A stretch of DNA of 25,000 bases from an archaeon (GCA_048631505.1 JAIWFS010000001.1:1-25000); one strand, 5' to 3'; numbered from the stretch's first letter, positions 17,394-24,364 are shown. Program-made: numbers and translations. Notes: generated by a model not told the origin, from the letters alone.

Positions 17394-18845
17394 ATGGCGT
17401 ATTGCGATCTTCAGGATTTTATCAAGAAACTTGAGAAACATGGAGAACTTGTCAGGATCAAAGAGCCTGTGAGTCCGGTCCTTGAGATAACAGAGATCAC
17501 TGACAGGGTCTGCAAACTGTTTGGACCGGCCCTCCTCTTTGAAAACGTCCCTGGATTCGATATGCCTGTGCTTATGAATACCTTTGGATCCTACAGGCGA
17601 ATGTCCATGGCCCTGGAAGTGCCCAACCTCGACTCCCTTGGCGATGAAATCCTGGATTTTATCGAATCAGAGGCCCCTGATACCCTATTAAAAAAACTGA
17701 AAATAATACCCAAGCTCAAACGCTTGAAAAACGCCTTTCCAAAGACTGTCCCAAAGGCCCCCTGTCAAAAAATAGTCTACAAAGGTGAGGACGTCGATCT
17801 GACCCGCCTTCCGGTGCTTCACTGCTGGCCCGAGGACGGAGGTCCTTTCATAACCTTGCCCCTGGTCTTTACTCGCCATCCGGAGACAGGAATCAGAAAC
17901 GTCGGCATGTACCGCATGCAGGTCTTTGATAAAAAAACAACAGGCATGCACTGGCACACCCACAAGGGCGGGGCCCACCATTACAGGGTTGCCGAGCGCA
18001 TGGGACAGCGCCTGGAAGTTGCCGTCTCCATAGGGCCTGACCCGGCCATGACCTATGCGGCAACCGCCCCGCTTCCTGACGACGTAGACGAATGCATTTT
18101 TGCAGGATTTTTAAGAGAAGAGCCGGTCGAGCTTGTAAAATGCCTGACTGTGGACCTGGAGGTCCCGGCCTCATCTCAGATAATTCTTGAAGGATATGTC
18201 GAACCCGAAGAACGGCGAATCGAGGGTCCTTTTGGTGACCATACCGGATATTACTCCCTGGCTGACCAATACCCGGTCTTTCATGTAACCTGCATGACCC
18301 TCAGAAAAGACGCCATCTATCCGGCCACCATTGTCGGACAACCTCCACAGGAAGACTGCTACATGGCAAAGGCCACTGAACGCCTCTTTCTTCCTATGAT
18401 AAAAAAGACTTTGCCTGAAATTGTGGACATGAATCTCCCTCTTGAGGGCGTATTCCACAACCTGGCCTTTATATCCATTGACAAGCGCTATCCCGGCCAT
18501 GCCCGCAAAGTAATGCATGCCCTTTGGGGCCTCGGCCAGATGATGTTCTGTAAAATAATCCTTATCTTTGACAACGAGGTGGACGTGCAGGACCTGTCCC
18601 AGGTACTATGGCGCATGGGTAACAACATAGACCCCAGAAGGGACATAGTCTTTGCGGATGGGCCTGTAGATGCCCTTGATCATGCAGCACCACTCCCCCT
18701 TTATGGTAGCAAGATGGGTATAGACTGCACCAGAAAGTGGGCGGAAGAAGGGTTTACAAGACAGTGGCCGGATGTAATAGCAATGGAAAACGAAATCATC
18801 AAAAAGGTTGACAAGCTGTGGCCAAAGCTGGGACTGAAGACATGA
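17394..18845 (+). CDS. ubiD: UbiD-family prFMN decarboxylase (menaquinone/futalosine-pathway MqnL type)
   Basis: RNVGMYRMQ, EGPFGDHTGYY and SKMGIDCT motifs. Start reassigned to ATG 17394 (AGGAG SD); the longer track ORF runs through the tRNA. Confidence 0.93.
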   Translation: MAYCDLQDFIKKLEKHGELVRIKEPVSPVLEITEITDRVCKLFGPALLFENVPGFDMPVLMNTFGSYRRMSMALEVPNLDSLGDEILDFIESEAPDTLLKKLKIIPKLKRLKNAFPKTVPKAPCQKIVYKGEDVDLTRLPVLHCWPEDGGPFITLPLVFTRHPETGIRNVGMYRMQVFDKKTTGMHWHTHKGGAHHYRVAERMGQRLEVAVSIGPDPAMTYAATAPLPDDVDECIFAGFLREEPVELVKCLTVDLEVPASSQIILEGYVEPEERRIEGPFGDHTGYYSLADQYPVFHVTCMTLRKDAIYPATIVGQPPQEDCYMAKATERLFLPMIKKTLPEIVDMNLPLEGVFHNLAFISIDKRYPGHARKVMHALWGLGQMMFCKIILIFDNEVDVQDLSQVLWRMGNNIDPRRDIVFADGPVDALDHAAPLPLYGSKMGIDCTRKWAEEGFTRQWPDVIAMENEIIKKVDKLWPKLGLKT

Positions 18846-19426
18846 TGAAGGATAAAGGCCAGGAGCCAATCCTTCTTGCAATCACCGGGGCCAGTGGGTC
18901 TATCTACAGCCTTAAATTAATCGAAATCCTAAAAGACCTGGGCCAGGAGGTCCATCTCATCGTATCCAGGACAGGGGAACAGGTCTCCAGGATTGAGATC
19001 AAGGAAGATGGCTTCCAGGCCCTGATCCGGATGGCACACACAGTTTACAGCCCGGATAACCTGGCCGCTGCCCCTGCAAGTGGTTCAAGCAGATGGAAAG
19101 CCATGATAATCATCCCTTGTACAATGGGGACCATGGCATCCATAGCTCACGGATTCAGCCAAAACCTGATCCACAGGGCGGCTGACTGTTTCCTGAAGGA
19201 ACGTAGGCCCCTTATCCTGGTTCCCAGAGAAACCCCCTTGAATCGAATCCACTTACAAAATATGCTGTTGGCAGAAGAGGCCGGGGCCGTAATATATCCT
19301 GCAATGCCCAGCTTCTACTATCAACCCGGAAATATTGATGAAATGGCATCATTCTTTGCCGGCAGGTTGGCGGAATTCATAGGACTCGAGGTAGAAGGCC
19401 TTAAGAGGTGGCATGGAATTGATTAG
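18842..19426 (+). CDS. ubiX: Flavin prenyltransferase UbiX (MqnM)
   Basis: AITGASGSIY, ASGS, PCTMGT, RAADCFLKERRPLILVPRETP and PAMPSFY motifs; ATGA overlap with the ubiD stop. Confidence 0.95.
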   Translation: MMKDKGQEPILLAITGASGSIYSLKLIEILKDLGQEVHLIVSRTGEQVSRIEIKEDGFQALIRMAHTVYSPDNLAAAPASGSSRWKAMIIIPCTMGTMASIAHGFSQNLIHRAADCFLKERRPLILVPRETPLNRIHLQNMLLAEEAGAVIYPAMPSFYYQPGNIDEMASFFAGRLAEFIGLEVEGLKRWHGID

Positions 19427-19433
19427 GAGCCGC

Positions 19434-20339
19434 ATGCAATCACCAAATCACCAAATCACCAAATCACCAAATTCATTATCCCCAATTTCAAAGGTGCGGA
19501 TACTGCTTGAAATGATAAAATTCGAGCACACTATCCTTGCCCTGCCCTTTGCATACCTTGGGGCCTTTTTGGCTGCTGAAGGACCACCTGACCTGTGGAC
19601 TTCCCTGTGGATTCTTGTTGCTATGATTGGAGCCAGGACGGCTGCAATGGCTTTTAACCGTATAGTTGACATCCCCTTTGATTCAAAAAATCCCCGCACA
19701 AAGGAGAGGGCCCTCCCCAAAGGGACTGTCAAGGCAAGGGACGCCTGGATCATGGTAATAGTTGCTTCGGGGATTTACTTCCTGGCAGCCTATGAACTGA
19801 ATCGACTGGCATTCCTGCTCTCCCCGGTTTTCCTGGCTGTTGTGCTAAGCTACTCATATACCAAGAGGTTCACCTCACTGTGCCACCTCTTTTTGGGCCT
19901 GGCCCTGAGCCTGGCCCCTACGGCCGGATGGATCGCAGTAAAAGGAAGTGTAGAATTCCTTCCTTTGATCCTCAGCACAGGCGTACTTTTCTGGGTAGCG
20001 GGATTCGACGTTCTATATGGCTGCCTGGACTATGATTTTGACCGGAAACAAGGCCTGCACTCAATACCGGCAAGGTGGGGGATAAAGAAGGCCTTCTGGA
20101 TTTCAGGCATATTCCACTTTGTGGCCTTTATCGCCCTTGTTTCAGTGGGCCTTCTGGCACATCTCAACTGGATATACTACTGTGGCTTACTGGCCACCTT
20201 TGCACTCCTGGTAATGCAAAGGCTGGTGGTAAACCCCAAGGACCTTTCCCGGATGAATATGGCCTTTTTCACCTTTAACGGGGCCATAAGCATAATCCTG
20301 TTTACCGCAACAGCCATTTCTCTTATCTGGAAGGTCTGA
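19434..20339 (+). CDS. mqnP: UbiA-family prenyltransferase (MqnP-like)
   Basis: IKFEHT, AMAFNRIVD..D..NPRT..R, YSYTKRFT and GFDVLY..LD motifs; AGGAG SD before ATG 19434 (ATG 19413 is an in-frame alternative). Confidence 0.9.
   Translation: MQSPNHQITKSPNSLSPISKVRILLEMIKFEHTILALPFAYLGAFLAAEGPPDLWTSLWILVAMIGARTAAMAFNRIVDIPFDSKNPRTKERALPKGTVKARDAWIMVIVASGIYFLAAYELNRLAFLLSPVFLAVVLSYSYTKRFTSLCHLFLGLALSLAPTAGWIAVKGSVEFLPLILSTGVLFWVAGFDVLYGCLDYDFDRKQGLHSIPARWGIKKAFWISGIFHFVAFIALVSVGLLAHLNWIYYCGLLATFALLVMQRLVVNPKDLSRMNMAFFTFNGAISIILFTATAISLIWKV
19437..19472 (+). repeat. Tandem octamer repeat C(AATCACCA)4AAT, copy 1
   Basis: Four perfect 8-bp units at 19438-19469, immediately after the mqnP ATG. Confidence 0.97.
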
Positions 20340-21133
20340 TGCCCAAATTCGACATACCTGCCAGGATTGTAGAACAGACACAACTTGCCCATGGTATTTT
20401 CCTGCTTACGGTCAAGGCCCCTGCAATTCTGGATTCAGCCAACCCCGGGCAATTTTGCATGCTTGAGGTTAAATACAATAATAGCAGGGACCCTCTGCTT
20501 CGCCGCCCCCTGTCCATTTACAAGACCCGGGCAAACGGACAAATAAGCTTTCTTTATAAAGAAGTCGGCAAAGGCACCCGCCTGCTCTCGAAGCGGCGCC
20601 CCGGAGAGATAGTCAGGGTGCTGGGACCGCTGGGACAGGGCTTCAGGTTAATCCATGACCGTCCGTGCATACTGGTGGGCGGAGGGCTCGGCATTGCCCC
20701 TTTGCTCCTTCTGGCAGAGAGGATTAACCAATCCGGCAAACTTATCATCTTGATTGGGGCTGGAAATGCTTCGGAAATCCCGACCATTGAAGACTTCTCC
20801 GGACTTACCCGATATTTTCATGTTGCAACCGAGGACGGAAGCCTTGGACAAAGGGGAATGGTAACAGACCTGTTGGCTCAAACGCTCCAGGAAATCACGG
20901 GCATGGCGCAGATCTATACCTGTGGTCCGTGGCCTATGATGAAGGCTGTCTATCATATGGCCTGCAAAAAGAATATCCCCTGCCAGGTCTCACTGGAGGC
21001 TGCTATGGCTTGCGGCATAGGGCTGTGCCTGGGCTGTGCCGTTCCGAAATCAGATAGCCGGGGATTTCTCCACGTGTGCAAGGAAGGACCGGTATTTGAC
21101 GCAGATCAAGTACATTGGGAGTACACCCAGTGA
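20339..21133 (+). CDS. pyrK: Dihydroorotate dehydrogenase electron-transfer subunit
   Basis: PGQF, RRPLSI, GPLGQGF, VGGGLGIAP, CGP and the MACGIGLCLGC...VCKEGPVF [2Fe-2S] motif; TGATG overlap with mqnP. Confidence 0.93.
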   Translation: MPKFDIPARIVEQTQLAHGIFLLTVKAPAILDSANPGQFCMLEVKYNNSRDPLLRRPLSIYKTRANGQISFLYKEVGKGTRLLSKRRPGEIVRVLGPLGQGFRLIHDRPCILVGGGLGIAPLLLLAERINQSGKLIILIGAGNASEIPTIEDFSGLTRYFHVATEDGSLGQRGMVTDLLAQTLQEITGMAQIYTCGPWPMMKAVYHMACKKNIPCQVSLEAAMACGIGLCLGCAVPKSDSRGFLHVCKEGPVFDADQVHWEYTQ

Positions 21134-22089
21134 TCCATCAAAAAAATCCAATCACCAAATCACCAAATCACCAAATCACCAAATACCCCAATCTCTCAAT
21201 CAAAATTGGTTCCCTGATACTCAAAAATCCGGTCTTACTCGCCTCAGGGACCTGTGGTTATGGGGCAGAATTAAACGATCTTCTTGATTTGGACCAGGTA
21301 GGTGGAATTATAGTAAAAGGTATTTCCATTAAACCCCGTCCGGGGAACCCTCCTCCCCGCCTGGTGGAGACCCCGTGCGGTCTTTTGAACTCCATAGGGC
21401 TTGAAAACGTAGGAATAGAGTCTTTCCTCAGGGACAAGCTCCCCTGGCTGAGGAATGTAAAGACATCTTTGATTGTCAACATCCTTGGAAACTCAGTTGA
21501 AGAATATTCTGAAATAGCAAAAAAGCTCGACGGGGCAGAAGGTGTCAAGGCCATTGAGGTGAACATCTCATGCCCGAATGTAAAGGCAGGAGGCATTGCA
21601 TTCGGCACAGACCCTGAAGCTGCGGCAAATGTAACTCATGCGGTTAAGAAAGCCACAGGCCTTCCTGTAATAATAAAGCTCACACCAAATGTGACTGATA
21701 TTACCAAAGTTGCCCGGAAGGTGGCATCCGCAGGGGCAGATGCCATTTCTCTTATAAATACCCTCCTGGGTATGGCCATAGATATTAAGTCCAGGCGTCC
21801 GGCCCTGGGAAACGTGTTTGGAGGACTCTCAGGCCCGGCGATCAAACCCATTGCCCTGCGCATGGTCTGGCAGGTAGTCCGGGCTGTGGACATTCCTGTA
21901 ATAGGTATTGGTGGTATCAGCACCCCGGATGACGCGCTCGAATTCCTGATGGCCGGTGCAAAGGCGATTGAAATTGGTACGGCAACACTCGTACGGCCAG
22001 ACACTGCAGAGAACGTGCTGGCCGGTATCAGGGACTACATGGAGACCAACAGCATACAAAATGTAGAGGATTTGCGGCTACCGGTATGA
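21130..22089 (+). CDS. pyrD: Dihydroorotate dehydrogenase, family 1B catalytic subunit
   Basis: KNPVLLASGT, GNPPPR, LLNSIGLEN, EVNISCPN, KLTPN and GGLSGPAIKP motifs; probable GTG start overlapping the pyrK TGA (GTGA). Confidence 0.95.
   Translation: MIHQKNPITKSPNHQITKYPNLSIKIGSLILKNPVLLASGTCGYGAELNDLLDLDQVGGIIVKGISIKPRPGNPPPRLVETPCGLLNSIGLENVGIESFLRDKLPWLRNVKTSLIVNILGNSVEEYSEIAKKLDGAEGVKAIEVNISCPNVKAGGIAFGTDPEAAANVTHAVKKATGLPVIIKLTPNVTDITKVARKVASAGADAISLINTLLGMAIDIKSRRPALGNVFGGLSGPAIKPIALRMVWQVVRAVDIPVIGIGGISTPDDALEFLMAGAKAIEIGTATLVRPDTAENVLAGIRDYMETNSIQNVEDLRLPV
21149..21184 (+). repeat. Tandem octamer repeat C(AATCACCA)4AAT, copy 2
   Basis: Four perfect units at 21150-21181; 36/36 identical to copy 1; followed by degenerate units AATACCCC AATCTCTC AATCAAAA. 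Confidence 0.97.
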
Positions 22090-22101
22090 GAATTATTATA
22101 G

Positions 22102-22141
22102 GGGTTCAGAGGTTCAGGGTTCACCTTAAACCTCTGAACCC
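22102..22141 (+). repeat. Hairpin built from GGTTCA(G) repeats, just downstream of pyrD (terminator- or REP-like)
   Basis: Perfect 13-bp inverted repeat GGGTTCAGAGGTT (22102-22114) / AACCTCTGAACCC (22129-22141); no U-tract. Confidence 0.75.
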
Positions 22142-22337
22142 TATCATCCCGTCTCGCTGCCCTGAGTCAAGGCAAAACCACTCAATGGCCCCTTAAGAAC
22201 ATATTGTTTTCTCTTCCGGCAACCGTTATATATGTGAATATTTACGGCCACGTCGGTTGCAGAATCACTATTAGCTGACATGGATACCATAGCAATGAAT
22301 ATAACTAGACATATTCTTATAAAGAGAGGAAAATCTT

Positions 22338-22481
22338 ATGGGGGAAAAAGAGCGTCGTTCCAGAAAAAAACGAAGATCGGGGGTAGACCGCAGGAAGTTT
22401 AATGATCCGAATTACAAAGGACCTGAACGTAGAAGTGGTCGAGATAGGAGATCCGAAAAGGACAGAAGGAAATCCGCATAA
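22338..22481 (+). CDS. 47-aa Arg-rich small protein with a YxGPERR motif (putative c-di-GMP-binding peptide); not in the ORF track
   Basis: Hand translation: MGEKERRSRKKRRSGVDRRKFNDPNYKGPERRSGRDRRSEKDRRKSA; GAGAGGA SD 7 nt before the ATG; periodic [D/E]RR units. Confidence 0.75.
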   Translation: MGEKERRSRKKRRSGVDRRKFNDPNYKGPERRSGRDRRSEKDRRKSA

Positions 22482-22534
22482 AAGCCATGGAGGAGGCCAT
22501 AGGGGACGCCAGTGAAAGGTTGACATGCTCTTGG

Positions 22535-22567
22535 GTCGCGGTAGGAATGCCGGTTACACGGCGCACC
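22535..22567 (-). mobile_element. Probable decayed group II intron 3' end (domain VI only)
   Basis: Minus strand GGTGCGCCGTGTAACCGGCATTCCTACCGCGAC resembles recalled bacterial group II intron termini (...GCGCC.GGTAAC.GGCGTCCCTACCGCGAC). No domain V and no RT ORF nearby. Confidence 0.4.
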
Positions 22568-22588
22568 GTGACCGTTGTTCAGAATGGC

Positions 22589-22903
22589 CTACTGATAAGC
22601 AGAGTCATGATCGGGATGTAACGACAATAGGCGTAGCCATAAACCATCACGGTACGCTACTCCCCGAAATCCCTTTCCAATACGAAAACTGTAAAGTTTT
22701 TTGCCGCTTGGGCCTTTTTGAGATAAAATGACTTCCCATTTTAGACCATAATCTGAATATACCTGTTGCCATGTCATGTTTGCTAATTTCCGCAGAGTAT
22801 TTAGGATGTTGCGCTGGTCACTTTTGGTGAGGTTGAAAAGGTGGCGTTGAAAGACGGGGTTGTTCAAATCCAAGCGCACCGTCTGATATATTTTCTGGCT
22901 CAT
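22589..22903 (-). CDS. Putative RelE-superfamily type II toxin
   Basis: 104 aa and basic; RelE-like layout (LYSFRI..GFRGVAYR...LRLLSLHPDHDSAY); ATGA overlap with the upstream antitoxin-like gene. Confidence 0.6.
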   Translation of the reverse strand: MSQKIYQTVRLDLNNPVFQRHLFNLTKSDQRNILNTLRKLANMTWQQVYSDYGLKWEVILSQKGPSGKKLYSFRIGKGFRGVAYRDGLWLRLLSLHPDHDSAYQ

Positions 22904-23154
22904 TGCTTGATCCGGGTCTCTAATTCCTCAAAGTTTGTATCTTTGGGTGAATTTTTTTCTGCCCAAGCAACAGCTTCATTGAGTTCGGCCTGAACTCCCG
23001 GACCATGTAGCCATCTTTCATTATCGGGAATAAACCGACCCAGCTTGACGATCCAAACGCCGGTCTCGATTTCATCAATCATTACTGCTTGACCGGCGAA
23101 TTTTTTGCCAAGTGAGATCTGACCACTACGGCCGACTGTTTTTATAGTGTTCAT
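22900..23154 (-). CDS. Putative AbrB/MazE-like antitoxin (84 aa)
   Basis: N-terminal IKTVGRSGQISLGK AbrB-like beta-hairpin and an acidic C-terminus; AGGAG SD before ATG 23154. Confidence 0.65.
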   Translation of the reverse strand: MNTIKTVGRSGQISLGKKFAGQAVMIDEIETGVWIVKLGRFIPDNERWLHGPGVQAELNEAVAWAEKNSPKDTNFEELETRIKQ

Positions 23155-23184
23155 AGTTTCTCCTGAAATTGATATTATGATTTT

Positions 23185-23212
23185 ATGATAGCATGAATGC
23201 ATGATAAATCAA
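23185..23212 (-). promoter_or_regulatory. Candidate promoter/operator of the TA operon
   Basis: Minus strand TTGATT-N16-TATCAT; the spacer holds the palindrome GCAT-GA-ATGC between two ATGATA direct repeats. Confidence 0.45.
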
Positions 23213-23257
23213 AGATAAAATCAAAAGTCAGAGGCCAAAGATGTTTGCTCTCCATCG

Positions 23258-23285
23258 TTGACAGCAAGTGCCTCCTGCATATAAT
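23258..23285 (+). promoter_or_regulatory. Consensus sigma70 promoter upstream of the HD-GYP gene
   Basis: TTGACA (23258-23263), 16-nt spacer, TATAAT (23280-23285). Confidence 0.75.
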
Positions 23286-23398
23286 ATAAGAGTGTGGAGA
23301 AGCAAGTGTGGCCGCTTGCAGACATTGACTATCCGCAGACGTTTCAGGAATTTGACGCATGTTTTGCAACAGAGGATCGTTTAGGATAATTACATAAA

Positions 23399-24352
23399 GT
23401 GACTAAAAGAACTGAGTACATCCAAGCAAGGAAATCGCAGTTGAGTTTTTATAGAAAAGTACCTCTCTATATTAAAGGAGAGAAAGATAGATTTATTCTA
23501 TACAAACAAAAAGGGATAACCATTGATGATATGCGTATCAGCGAGAAAACATATCCATCTGTATTATATATCAAATCCTCAGACAAGATAAAAGGTATTC
23601 AAGAGGCACAGAAAGCATTTAACAAAAAATTAGAAAATGATATTAAATTAGGCAATCCTGAAAAAGTCAAGGAAACTCTCATCAGTATTGTAAGAGAAAC
23701 TTTTGAAGAACCAAGAAGTGGCAGCCTTGAAGGTGTTTATGACACAGTAAATATTTTAGTCAGCGACTACTCAAAAGAACATGATGTTGTTAAAAACTTG
23801 ATAGATATATCACACAAAGATTATTCAACAATCTTGCATTCTATCAGTGTCATGGCACTTGCATTGGGTTTTGCATCTTATATTAATCTTTCGCAGGATG
23901 AAACAAAGGTGCTTGGCTTATGCGGATTACTGCATGATGTTGGCAAAACGAAAATTAACCCAGAGATACTTAATGCCCAAAGAAAACTGACTGATGAAGA
24001 ATTTGAAGAAATGAAAAGCCATACCTATAGAGGTTACAATATTTTAAGAGAATGCAAATTCAAAAATGAATATATTAAACGCTTATCTCTTAGTGCTCTT
24101 GAACACCATGAAAAATCAGATGGTACTGGATATCCACTCAACAAAACTGAAAATCAATTAGCAAAATTTTCTCAAATAATTGCCATTATCGACTGTTATG
24201 AAGCATTGACAAATGATGACAGACCATACAGGAGCGCAATGAGTCCTTTTGATGCTTTGAACGAAATAATTGGAAGAAATGTAAAGAGTGGCAACTACAA
24301 TAAAGAAATATTTACCCTATTTATTCAAAGCTTGAGTACAATTGTCAAATAA
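23399..24352 (+). CDS. HD-GYP domain protein (probable c-di-GMP phosphodiesterase)
   Basis: LHS, LLHDVGK, HT..G, HHEKSDGTGYP, IIDCYEAL and RPYR motifs; GTG start; no recognisable sensor domain. Confidence 0.9.
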   Translation: MTKRTEYIQARKSQLSFYRKVPLYIKGEKDRFILYKQKGITIDDMRISEKTYPSVLYIKSSDKIKGIQEAQKAFNKKLENDIKLGNPEKVKETLISIVRETFEEPRSGSLEGVYDTVNILVSDYSKEHDVVKNLIDISHKDYSTILHSISVMALALGFASYINLSQDETKVLGLCGLLHDVGKTKINPEILNAQRKLTDEEFEEMKSHTYRGYNILRECKFKNEYIKRLSLSALEHHEKSDGTGYPLNKTENQLAKFSQIIAIIDCYEALTNDDRPYRSAMSPFDALNEIIGRNVKSGNYNKEIFTLFIQSLSTIVK

Positions 24353-24364
24353 AAGTATTTAAAT

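Noticed and set aside
19437-21184. The two 36-bp direct repeats as a CRISPR array or transposon ends
   Set aside because: Only two copies, 1.7 kb apart, internally tandem-periodic and non-palindromic; no spacers, cas genes or transposase.
22165-22200. GGCAAAACCACTCAATGG as a c-di-GMP-I (GEMM) riboswitch upstream of the Arg-rich peptide
   Set aside because: The start resembles GGCAAACC, but the GNRA loop, GACGCAAAGC and the P2 receptor are absent.
22244-22262. CGGCCACGTCGGTTGCA as a sigma54 promoter; also a 7-bp inverted repeat GCAACCG/CGGTTGC (22219-22260)
   Set aside because: GG-to-GC spacing is 11 nt rather than the required 10; the 7-bp stem with a 28-nt loop is within chance expectation.
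22317-22526. 69-aa minus-strand ORF from the track
   Set aside because: Antisense shadow of the plus-strand Arg-rich ORF, which has the SD and the recognisable motif.
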